A DNA stretch of 32,000 nucleotides from NCBI RefSeq assembly GCF_017876815.1, contig NZ_JAGIOS010000001.1, positions 600,001 through 632,000 on the forward strand, in the 5' to 3' direction. The DNA is from Sinorhizobium meliloti (lineage in GTDB: Bacteria; Pseudomonadota; Alphaproteobacteria; Rhizobiales; Rhizobiaceae). Within the stretch, counting starts at the first letter, position 1. The number at the start of each line of letters is the position of its first letter. The position numbers and the translations under genes were made by a program. Below are positions 9,357 to 15,929 of this stretch, piece by piece. Under the pieces are notes generated by a model. That model saw only the letters and a list, made by a program, of their open reading frames with translations. It was not told where the DNA came from and searched no databases.

Positions 9357-9612
9357 ATGGGCATTGAAAGCATTCTGGTATTCCTGATCGTCGGCGCGGT
9401 TGCAGGCTGGCTTGCCGGTTTGATCGTCAGCGGAGGCGGCTTCGGTCTGCTCGGGAATATCGTGATCGGCATCGTCGGCGCCTTTCATCGCCGGCCTTCT
9501 CTTCCCGGCCATCGGGATCAGCATCGGCACCGGCATCTTTTCTGCCATTATTCACTCGACGATCGGCGCCGTGATCCTTCTGGTGCTGATTCGCGTCGTC
9601 AAACAGGCCTGA
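9357..9612 (+). pseudogene. GlsB/YeaQ/YmgE-family transglycosylase-associated small membrane protein with an apparent +1 frameshift
   Basis: The N-terminus MGIESILVFLIVGAVAGWLAGLIVSGGGFGLLGNIVIGIVGAF is typical of the family. After the TTT run at 9483-9485 the family-like sequence IAGLLFPAIGISIGTGIFSAIIHSTIGAVILLVLIRVVKQA* continues in the +1 frame to TGA 9610-9612. The span is 256 nt, which is 85 codons plus 1 nt. Confidence 0.7.
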
Positions 9613-9683
9613 TCCGCGTTTACCATCATACGGTCCGCGCCAGGCGTGGACCGGCCATCGCAAGCCAATGAGCGGAGGCGAAA

Positions 9684-9872
9684 ATGACCGAACTCTACGC
9701 GGAAAAGATCGAAGACGCGCTCAAGTCGTACATCGCGGACCACCCCGGTACCCTGACGCGCGAACAGGCGATTTCCACGATTCTCGAAACCTGGTTCGCA
9801 AGCCACGGCTACCTGCCGTCGCAGCAGGAAGGGATGCGTCCCGAAGATCTCGATGCCTCGAATGACGACTGA
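9684..9872 (+). CDS. Small acidic hypothetical protein (62 aa)
   Basis: GGAGG lies 7 nt upstream of the ATG. Codon usage is GC3-rich like the neighbours. A short hairpin plus T5 follows at about 9878-9900. Confidence 0.6.
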   Translation: MTELYAEKIEDALKSYIADHPGTLTREQAISTILETWFASHGYLPSQQEGMRPEDLDASNDD

Positions 9873-9951
9873 AATGTGCCGCGCCTGAACGGCGGTTTTT
9901 AGCCATGCGCGGCCTGCACGCTGATTTCATCCAAAGTACAGATTGCCAGAA

Positions 9952-10413
9952 ATGAGTCTTGCTTCCGTCAAACAGTTCTTTTCCCGGCACGCGCCGGACA
10001 TCGACGTCATCGAGCTGGAGCAAAGCACCGCAACCGTGGCGCTCGCGGCAGAGGGTCATGGCGTCGAACCGGCGCAGATAGCCAAGACCCTCGCGCTCCG
10101 GGTCGGCGACGAAATCATCCTCATCGTCACGCGCGGCGATGCGCGCCTCGACAACAAGAAATACAAGGCGCGGTTCGGAACCAAGGCGCGCATGCTCGGC
10201 TTCGACGAGGTCGAGGCGGAAACGGGCCATCCGGTGGGCGGGGTCTGTCCCTTCGGCCTCGCCAAGCCCCACAGCGTCTATTGCGACGAGTCGCTCAAGT
10301 CGTTCGACATCGTCGTTCCCGCCGCCGGTGCGACCAACGCCGCCGTCCATATCAGCCCGGAGCGGATGGCCGAGCTGACCGGTGCAAAATGGATCGATGT
10401 CTCGGCGGTGTAG
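9952..10413 (+). CDS. YbaK/EbsC (prolyl-tRNA synthetase-associated) aminoacyl-tRNA deacylase-like protein
   Basis: Motifs ...AKTLAL...ILIVTRGDARLDNKK... and HPVGGVCPFGL match the YbaK/ProX editing-domain pattern. The ATG at 9952 is preferred over the TTG at 9943. Confidence 0.75.
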   Translation: MSLASVKQFFSRHAPDIDVIELEQSTATVALAAEGHGVEPAQIAKTLALRVGDEIILIVTRGDARLDNKKYKARFGTKARMLGFDEVEAETGHPVGGVCPFGLAKPHSVYCDESLKSFDIVVPAAGATNAAVHISPERMAELTGAKWIDVSAV

Positions 10414-10559
10414 CGTCTACGTGCCGCAGCACGCAGTGGTCCCGGAAGAGCGGCCTTGGAATGGCCACATAGTTTAACTGAATGCTGGCATTCCCACCCC
10501 GCGAAGCAGGCCGATGAGTCGGAATGCCATCGCGCTGTAGATCTGGAGCGGTACGGAGA

Positions 10560-10949
10560 ATGAGAGCACTCGCATGCGCCTTCACCATCGCCATTATGGC
10601 GGCATGCCCGACGCAAGCGATGGACCGGTCCCTCGTCCGGCAATTCGAGAAGCTCGATCCCCAGACGCGGCTGGAGCAGCGTTGCGACACGGAAGCGATG
10701 GAGCGGATCGGCGCAGACAAGAACCGGTTCAAACCGGACAAGGTCATCGCCTATACCTTTGCCGATCCCGTCATGAAAGGCGACAAGATGAAGGCGACGG
10801 GCGCGGTATTCCGAAGCAAGGGGGACTGGTACAAGCTGGCATTCAGGTGCAAGACGGATTCCGAGCACCTCGAAGTGCTGTCTTTCGAATACAAGATCGG
10901 CGAACGCGTGCCGCGGGAGAACTGGGACCAGCTCTATCTTTACCCCTGA
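10560..10949 (+). CDS. Secreted DUF930-like protein
   Basis: Signal peptide MRALACAFTIAIMAACPTQA. The body (LDPQTRLEQRCDTEAMERI...AVFRSKGDWYKLAFRC) resembles the Rhizobiales DUF930 family, from memory. The ORF-track start at 10524 is probably an extension. Confidence 0.65.
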   Translation: MRALACAFTIAIMAACPTQAMDRSLVRQFEKLDPQTRLEQRCDTEAMERIGADKNRFKPDKVIAYTFADPVMKGDKMKATGAVFRSKGDWYKLAFRCKTDSEHLEVLSFEYKIGERVPRENWDQLYLYP

Positions 10950-10968
10950 GGGAGCCGCACAATCTCGC

Positions 10969-11064
10969 CTAGAGGACCGCCATCAGGAACAGGAAGGACC
11001 CGAGCGACAGTACGGCGATGATGCTCATCAGCACCTTCATCATGTGTTCCGTCATTTCGTACAT
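10969..11064 (-). CDS. Possible 31-aa hydrophobic mini-protein (below the ORF-track cutoff)
   Basis: MYEMTEHMMKVLMSIIAVLSLGSFLFLMAVL has a single TM-like segment. GAGGAG lies 8 nt upstream of the ATG at 11064. Confidence 0.3.
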   Translation of the reverse strand: MYEMTEHMMKVLMSIIAVLSLGSFLFLMAVL

Positions 11065-11227
11065 CCTACCAACTCCTCAGGAAGACGAATGCCGCACCTG
11101 CGCCGGACCGACGGGCCAGCCGGCCCGTCATCATCGACGTCAAGAATTTTGTAAGAAATTGGTTAACAAATCACTTCCATGGGCGTGATCCGGCTTGCTT
11201 CGCCCCGCGACCCGCATTGGCGCGCGA

Positions 11228-11539
11228 TTAACGCAGGACCCCGCCTGTCTTCGAACCGCCCTGCGACTGCCCGCCTCCCGGGCCGCCCTGCGACACGCCG
11301 CCGCCGTGCGCGCTACCGGGATTTGTTCCGTCCGGCCCGTTGCCGTAACCATTGTTGCCCTTCGAACTGCCTCCGCCGCCGCCGCCCGACTTGGCGATCG
11401 CGTTCGAGGTGAGGCTCGTGGAAAGCAGCATGGTGACGGCGGGTGGCGTCACCACCGCGAAGCGCCCACAGTTCTTCAGAAACTCGCGCCGGTCTTCGTC
11501 GCTGCGCGACGGCAGCCCGTTTGGCATTTCGGAACTCAT
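11228..11539 (-). CDS. Tat-signal, glycine-rich secreted mini-protein (103 aa)
   Basis: GGGGAGG lies 4-5 nt upstream of the ATG. It has the twin-arginine motif DRREFLK, an h-region FAVVTPPAVTMLLSTSL and an AIA cleavage-like site. The 54-aa tail contains 24 Gly and 6 Ser (KSGGGGGGSSKGNNGYGNGPDG...). Confidence 0.7.
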   Translation of the reverse strand: MSSEMPNGLPSRSDEDRREFLKNCGRFAVVTPPAVTMLLSTSLTSNAIAKSGGGGGGSSKGNNGYGNGPDGTNPGSAHGGGVSQGGPGGGQSQGGSKTGGVLR

Positions 11540-11742
11540 GGACGCCTCCCCTGTGCGTTGACTGTTTCGCCGAATTTACAGTAATATTTTTCGATATAAT
11601 AGTGTTACATTTGGGTGCGTCCCGAAATATAAGAATACTATATAATCAATTGTAATTAATCACAGATAACTACAAATATTTATTTCCGCTTACATTAAAG
11701 AACGTTACAGGAAATCGGCACCTTCAATTATCAATATCTGCC
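11540..11742 (-). promoter_or_regulatory. Strongly AT-rich spacer and candidate promoter for the Gly-rich gene
   Basis: Hand count gives 18 and 13 G/C in the two 60-nt lines 11581-11700. The candidate minus-strand promoter is TTACAA (11655-11650), a 17-nt spacer, then TTATAT (11632-11627). Plus-strand TATAAT hexamers lie at 11595-11600 and 11641-11646. Confidence 0.5.
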
Positions 11743-12825
11743 CTAGATCTTTCCTGACGGTCTCGATCGAAAGATGCGTCGTAGCTCGCGCATTTTCCGC
11801 TTGGCCTCCTGGCGGCGCGACGGGTATGGCTCACCGCCGTACCGGTCCCAGGACGGGTAGTGGGCGATCTCGGTCAAGAGCGTGAAAACGGTGAAGGGGA
11901 CGAAGAGATAATCCCTTCCAAGCTGGACCTGTCTGCGTTGCAATTGAAGCCGCGGCAGCTTCCCGGCGGACAAACCGGACGCTCCGCCTTCCCCGAACAG
12001 CGTGTCGGCCGTCAGAATTTGCGTCTCGACCGCATGTCTTTCGTAGCCCCTGGCGAAAAGCGACATCAAATACTCCCAGTCGACGCTGTTCGAGGCTGCG
12101 AGCTTCGACAGATCGAGAAGGTGCCGTAGATCGATCAGGCCGCGCCAGTAGTCGCCATCCTGGAACTGATCATGCAGGATCAGGAAGACGATCTGGGCAA
12201 AGGGCGTGGGAACGCGGACGTCTCCTCCATCGAGGGCGATCCTGCGGCTGTGCCCATACAGCCATTCGATGTCGCTGAAGGAGGCCGGCCCCTTCGGCCG
12301 GCATTGAAGATCGATGCTCCCTGCATCCGTCGGCCGCTCCAGGACTGCGGGCAGATGGAATTTGGGGTTTCCCGGCCATGAACCGCTGCCGGCGGCAAGG
12401 CGGATCTCGTAACCGATATCCTGCAGTGCTCCAATCGATGAGGCCATGTCGGCGGGGCGGACGAGAATATCGAGGTCGGTCAGCATCCGCGCTCCGATCT
12501 CGTCCGGCTTCTGTCCGACCAGGATTGCCGCACCCTTCATGAGGACCGGCTCCACGCCGATGCGGTTGAGGCAGTGTACCGCCTCGGTCAGTTGCGCCAG
12601 CAGTCTCCTGTTGCGCTCCGTGTTCCTGTCGTAAATCAGAGAGAGGTATCGGCGGACATCCTCGGGCACGTCCCCCGCATATTTCCTCGCCGCTAGAGCG
12701 AGCGAGGAAACCGTCAGGCTTTCATTCGCAAGCGCGATGACCTGCTCCCAGTCCACGTCAGCCGGAGGGTTGCCGTTGAGGCAGGATGTGAGCGCAAGAA
12801 GGTTTCGGTAGCTACGACCCGTCAT
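11743..12825 (-). CDS. Uncharacterised nucleotidyltransferase family protein (NTP_transf_5-like)
   Basis: 360 aa. The motif VLMKGAAILVG...ARMLTDLDILVRPADMASSIGALQDIGY resembles the Pol-beta-fold NTase family found with HprK-like kinases. Its start overlaps the upstream kinase gene by 14 nt. Confidence 0.7.
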   Translation of the reverse strand: MTGRSYRNLLALTSCLNGNPPADVDWEQVIALANESLTVSSLALAARKYAGDVPEDVRRYLSLIYDRNTERNRRLLAQLTEAVHCLNRIGVEPVLMKGAAILVGQKPDEIGARMLTDLDILVRPADMASSIGALQDIGYEIRLAAGSGSWPGNPKFHLPAVLERPTDAGSIDLQCRPKGPASFSDIEWLYGHSRRIALDGGDVRVPTPFAQIVFLILHDQFQDGDYWRGLIDLRHLLDLSKLAASNSVDWEYLMSLFARGYERHAVETQILTADTLFGEGGASGLSAGKLPRLQLQRRQVQLGRDYLFVPFTVFTLLTEIAHYPSWDRYGGEPYPSRRQEAKRKMRELRRIFRSRPSGKI

Positions 12826-13912
12826 GGTGCCTGCTCAGCATCACGACGGCCTCGTCCAGTCGCATATAGGAAAGCTCGACGGCACTGGCGCCGCGGATGG
12901 CGCCCAGCAGGGCGTCGAACTGCGACAGATCGAGGCGCCGTGTCGGCGTAAAGGCGCCGAGAAAGAGTTCCGACAGAACCCGCGCCGGTTCGACCGCGGC
13001 AAGTGCGGTCCGACCTTTGCGGCGGCGCAGAAGCACGATTGTGCCGAGCGGTACCGCATCGTCAGACGCAAAGGGGACCGACGCAAGGTAGCGGACATAT
13101 TGGTTGTCGAGGCGGCGATGAACCGGCGCCGCTTCGATCGTGCCGCGCATGCCTTCGAGGAGACCCCATGAGCCGCGCTTCAGAGCAGGGGCGAAGGGAA
13201 CGCCCCGCAGCAGGCCGTCCGGCCTCATCAGCGCGATATCGTCGCCGCCGCAGGCAAAGCCTGCTTCGAGAAGCGCGAGAGCGAGGGTCGACTTGCCCGC
13301 GCCCGGCGCGCCGCAAATCAGAAGCCCCTTCCCGTTCTTCACCAGGAGGGCGGCATGAAGCGCGACCTTCGTGCCGAGGCTTGCCAGCACATCCTCCGTC
13401 AGCAGCGCTTTCACCGCCGGCACCGCTTCGTTGACCGCGACGATCATGCCGGGGGAACGGCTGCGGCTGACGCACACGCGGTTGCCGAACTTGGCCACCG
13501 CGTAGGAGGCCGACGGCTTCAGGCCCTCCGACGCCTGATGATCGAATACGGGCAGGATCAGATCGAGGAGACCTCTATCGTGATAGGCTATCGAGACGGC
13601 GGCTCCCTGCAGATCCAGCACATGCGTGTGCAGCGGCTCCCCCTCCTCGGCGTCGAAAGCAATCTCCAGCAGACCCTCGCCGGACATGTAAAGGAGGTAG
13701 TCCCGCACCGATCTGCGCGCTTCGGCCCGGCCGGCGCCACGCGCCACGAGATCGGCCTCCAGCCGGCGCTGCGACATGGATTCGGCGAGAAGGCAGGTGA
13801 GATACGCCGTAAGATCGTCCACCTCAAGAATCTGCTGCGACGCTTCGACGAAAATCGTCTTGCGCTGTCCAAGCAGAAAAAATCGTGCCCCGTCGGAGAC
13901 GCGGAACTTCAT
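12812..13912 (-). CDS. PqqD/RRE-like domain fused to an HprK-related (HPr kinase C-terminal-like) P-loop kinase
   Basis: ATG 13912 is preceded by GGGGAG. The N-terminal ~90 aa are PqqD-like (FFLLGQRKTIFVEASQQILEVDDLTAYLTCLL...VRDYLLYMSGEGLLEI). The core LHAALLVKNGKGLLICGAPGAGKSTLALALLEAGFACGGDDIAL matches the HprK C-terminal signature. The 521-aa ORF-track version adds 155 implausible N-terminal codons. Confidence 0.72.
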   Translation of the reverse strand: MKFRVSDGARFFLLGQRKTIFVEASQQILEVDDLTAYLTCLLAESMSQRRLEADLVARGAGRAEARRSVRDYLLYMSGEGLLEIAFDAEEGEPLHTHVLDLQGAAVSIAYHDRGLLDLILPVFDHQASEGLKPSASYAVAKFGNRVCVSRSRSPGMIVAVNEAVPAVKALLTEDVLASLGTKVALHAALLVKNGKGLLICGAPGAGKSTLALALLEAGFACGGDDIALMRPDGLLRGVPFAPALKRGSWGLLEGMRGTIEAAPVHRRLDNQYVRYLASVPFASDDAVPLGTIVLLRRRKGRTALAAVEPARVLSELFLGAFTPTRRLDLSQFDALLGAIRGASAVELSYMRLDEAVVMLSRHHDGS

Positions 13913-14149
13913 TCCAACTCCCCTCGCGCTGCCGCGTGCCTCGGCATGTTTCGTATTTGTGGTCGAAAATTCGCGATCCCGCCAGCCCCGATGAGGCGCC
14001 AACGACAGAGGATTCAATGGGATACTGCTAAAGATACATGTTTCGGCGGTGAAATAAGCAGCTTGGATTAGGGGCGCCGATGAGTGCCGTGGTCTCGAAC
14101 TGCCCGCGCGGGGTTGGTGTGACGGCTGCGGACGGCCAACTCGCACAAA

Positions 14150-14230
14150 CGACCGCTTTTGCGCATTTATTGTGTGCATGTTCTTGCTACGCGCTATTTT
14201 ACGCATATATTTGCGCATAGTGGAGGGCTG
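14150..14230 (+). promoter_or_regulatory. hicAB promoter/operator region with repeated TT(G/A)CGCAT boxes
   Basis: TTGCGCAT occurs at 14159-14166 and 14211-14218, and TTACGCAT at 14199-14206. The boxes lie in an AT-rich stretch directly upstream of the hicA RBS. Confidence 0.45.
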
Positions 14231-14419
14231 ATGCCGAAATTTGAAGATGATCGCCGTAAGATAGTTTCCCACCTTGAAAGTGAGGGCTGGCACAATATCG
14301 GCGGCGGCGAACATGATAATTTCGTCAAAGCCGGCCACAGGAAAATTCAGGTGCCTCGCCACCGTGTGGTTACGCAAGGCGTGGCGCGCTCGATAGCTAA
14401 GGCGGCGGGTTGGAAATGA
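14231..14419 (+). CDS. hicA: HicA-family mRNA interferase toxin
   Basis: 62 aa with GGAGGG upstream. The pattern ...LESEGW...GGGEHDNFVKAGHRKIQVPRHRVVTQGVARSIAKAAGW is typical of HicA. Confidence 0.85.
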   Translation: MPKFEDDRRKIVSHLESEGWHNIGGGEHDNFVKAGHRKIQVPRHRVVTQGVARSIAKAAGWK

Positions 14420-14442
14420 CCGGCCAACGGACGGAGACGGAA

Positions 14443-14880
14443 ATGGCTAGGTTTTTTGCTCTACTGGACGGACATGATGGGGCTTACGGTGTCGCCTTTC
14501 CTGATGCACCGGGCGCGACTGCGATGGGCAAGACTGTAGATGAGGCATTGCGCAATGCTGCGGCCGCGATCGCCGATTGGATCGACGACGGCGAGGTCCC
14601 GGAGCCGCGAAGCATTGACGAACTGCGTCAGGACCCCGAGGTCGCCGAACAACTCGCGGATGGAGCGGCCTTCGTTGTCGTTCCCGCCATTGTCGAGGAT
14701 AGCCGCCCGGTAAAGGCCAATATTTCGATGGAAGCCGGACTCTTGGCGGCTATCGACGAGGCCGCAAGTTCCGCCGGTTTGACACGTTCCGCATTTCTGG
14801 TGACAGCCGCGAGAGAGAAAATATTCGGCGGGTCGTTGCGCGACAGTGTCCGGGAAATAGCTAAGCGGGATGCACACTGA
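14443..14880 (+). CDS. hicB: HicB-family antitoxin with a C-terminal RHH/CopG-like DNA-binding tail
   Basis: MARFFALLDGHDGAYGVAFPDAPGATAMGKTVDEALRNAAAAIADWI matches the HicB N-domain. The C-terminus (ANISMEAGLLAAIDEAASSAGLTRSAFL) is RHH-like. Alternative starts lie at 14410 and 14416. Confidence 0.85.
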   Translation: MARFFALLDGHDGAYGVAFPDAPGATAMGKTVDEALRNAAAAIADWIDDGEVPEPRSIDELRQDPEVAEQLADGAAFVVVPAIVEDSRPVKANISMEAGLLAAIDEAASSAGLTRSAFLVTAAREKIFGGSLRDSVREIAKRDAH

Positions 14881-14968
14881 CTGCGCCACGCGAATGAGGC
14901 TGTCCGCGACGACCTGACGCCGCGCTAAAATGCCGTGCCATCACAACTGCTCCCCCCAAAAAAGAAAA

Positions 14969-15014
14969 TGGTGCCCATAAGCGGATTTGAACCACCGATA
15001 CGCGGATTTTCAAT
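14969..15014 (-). repeat. Partial duplicate of the tRNA-Phe 3' half (att-like direct repeat)
   Basis: 42 of 46 nt are identical to 15930-15975 in the same orientation, covering the CCA end through the anticodon loop. Similarity further 5' is weak and does not fold as a tRNA. Confidence 0.8.
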
Positions 15015-15082
15015 TGACCGATGCACCCGCTAAGCTATTGGTTTGTATAGTACCGATCGCGGATGCGCCACTTGCAAGCCGG

Positions 15083-15400
15083 CTATATACCTGCAGCTTT
15101 TCGCAGCGCCTCATTCATCCGGCTCTGCCAGCCTTTGCCACCAGCTCGAAACTTAGCGATCACGTCTTCGTCCAACCGGAGGGTGACTTGCTTTTTCGGA
15201 TGCTCCAGCGAGGGGCGCCCACGCGATCTGCGATGCTCCTCCATAGCTTTGAAAAACTCAGGCGGCAGCACATCTCTTGCGGGACGCATGTTGGTAAGCT
15301 CTTCATCGGTCAACTCGGGAAAATCGACTGCATCCCATTCCTCTTTTGTATAGCCGTGACCTGGCTCGAACGTTTTCGATTTTCGGGTCCTGGTAGTCAT
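15083..15400 (-). CDS. brnA: BrnA-family antitoxin
   Basis: The C-terminus GRPSLEHPKKQVTLRLDEDVIAKFRAGGKGWQSRMNEALRKA is typical of BrnA (COG3514). The start makes a 4-nt ATGA overlap with brnT. Confidence 0.85.
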   Translation of the reverse strand: MTTRTRKSKTFEPGHGYTKEEWDAVDFPELTDEELTNMRPARDVLPPEFFKAMEEHRRSRGRPSLEHPKKQVTLRLDEDVIAKFRAGGKGWQSRMNEALRKAAGI

Positions 15401-15660
15401 GGAAGCCTCCTTCTTTCTCTGTCGCTTGCAGGACGAAAGCTGATGATCGATATAGCTTCCGTTCCGAGTGTCGCGAAAATGACCGCTGCCGTCCCGTCAC
15501 GAAAATAACCGATAGCCTTCAGGCGCTTTCTGCCAGAAGTATCTGGCTTGCTGTCCTCTATGATGGCACTCGCCCAATCGAGGTCGCTTACATCGGCAAA
15601 ATCGAAACCATGCTTCTCAAGGTTGGCTCGCCGTTTGGGTTCGCCCCACACAATTCGCAT
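15397..15660 (-). CDS. brnT: BrnT-family (DUF497) ribonuclease toxin
   Basis: IVWGEPKRRANLEKHGFDFADV...ISIISFRPASDRERRR matches the BrnT pattern. Confidence 0.85.
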   Translation of the reverse strand: MRIVWGEPKRRANLEKHGFDFADVSDLDWASAIIEDSKPDTSGRKRLKAIGYFRDGTAAVIFATLGTEAISIISFRPASDRERRRLP

Positions 15661-15665
15661 GATTT

Positions 15666-15679
15666 AATGTAACTACATT
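15666..15679. promoter_or_regulatory. Palindrome AATGTA-AC-TACATT just upstream of brnT; candidate BrnA operator
   Basis: Perfect 6+6 inverted repeat, 6 nt upstream of the brnT start codon. Confidence 0.35.
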
Positions 15680-15724
15680 TATGATGGATATCAACCCGCA
15701 TGTAGCGTAGAAACATGGTAGCTG

Positions 15725-15808
15725 GCGCTGCAGGCAACGGTGCAGCGACGATCGTGTCAGATGTGGAATTGTCGGCTGCAGCGCATAGAGGCAGTCATCG
15801 AGTGGAAG
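15725..15808 (-). pseudogene. Short remnant resembling the N-terminal region of an rve/IS481-type transposase
   Basis: The translated stretch LPLDDCLYALQPTIPHLTRSSLHRCLQR matches, from memory, a conserved segment of DDE transposases common in Rhizobiales. There is no catalytic domain or start. BLAST confirmation is needed. Confidence 0.35.
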
Positions 15809-15929
15809 CTGCCTCTGTCGCCGTGGCGCTCCCATGAAGAACCTGGCCTATAGCGCATCCTTTGATTCGGAAGACAAGGAGCCCCATCAAAGTCTGGTAT
15901 CAAACATCCAGCGTATTTTGAGAGTTTAA

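Larger units (their letters stand above)
14969..15929 (-). mobile_element. Remnant of an element integrated into the 3' end of tRNA-Phe; cargo is now only brnTA and a transposase scrap
   Basis: The segment is bounded by the intact tRNA-Phe and its 3'-half repeat 961 bp away. No integrase is left. Confidence 0.55.

Noticed and set aside
13913-14377. 155-codon N-terminal extension of the kinase ORF (the 521-aa version)
   Set aside because: The extension runs through the AT-rich hicA promoter/operator region and overlaps hicA in antisense. Its composition is non-protein-like. The internal ATG at 13912 has an SD and starts a recognisable PqqD-like domain.
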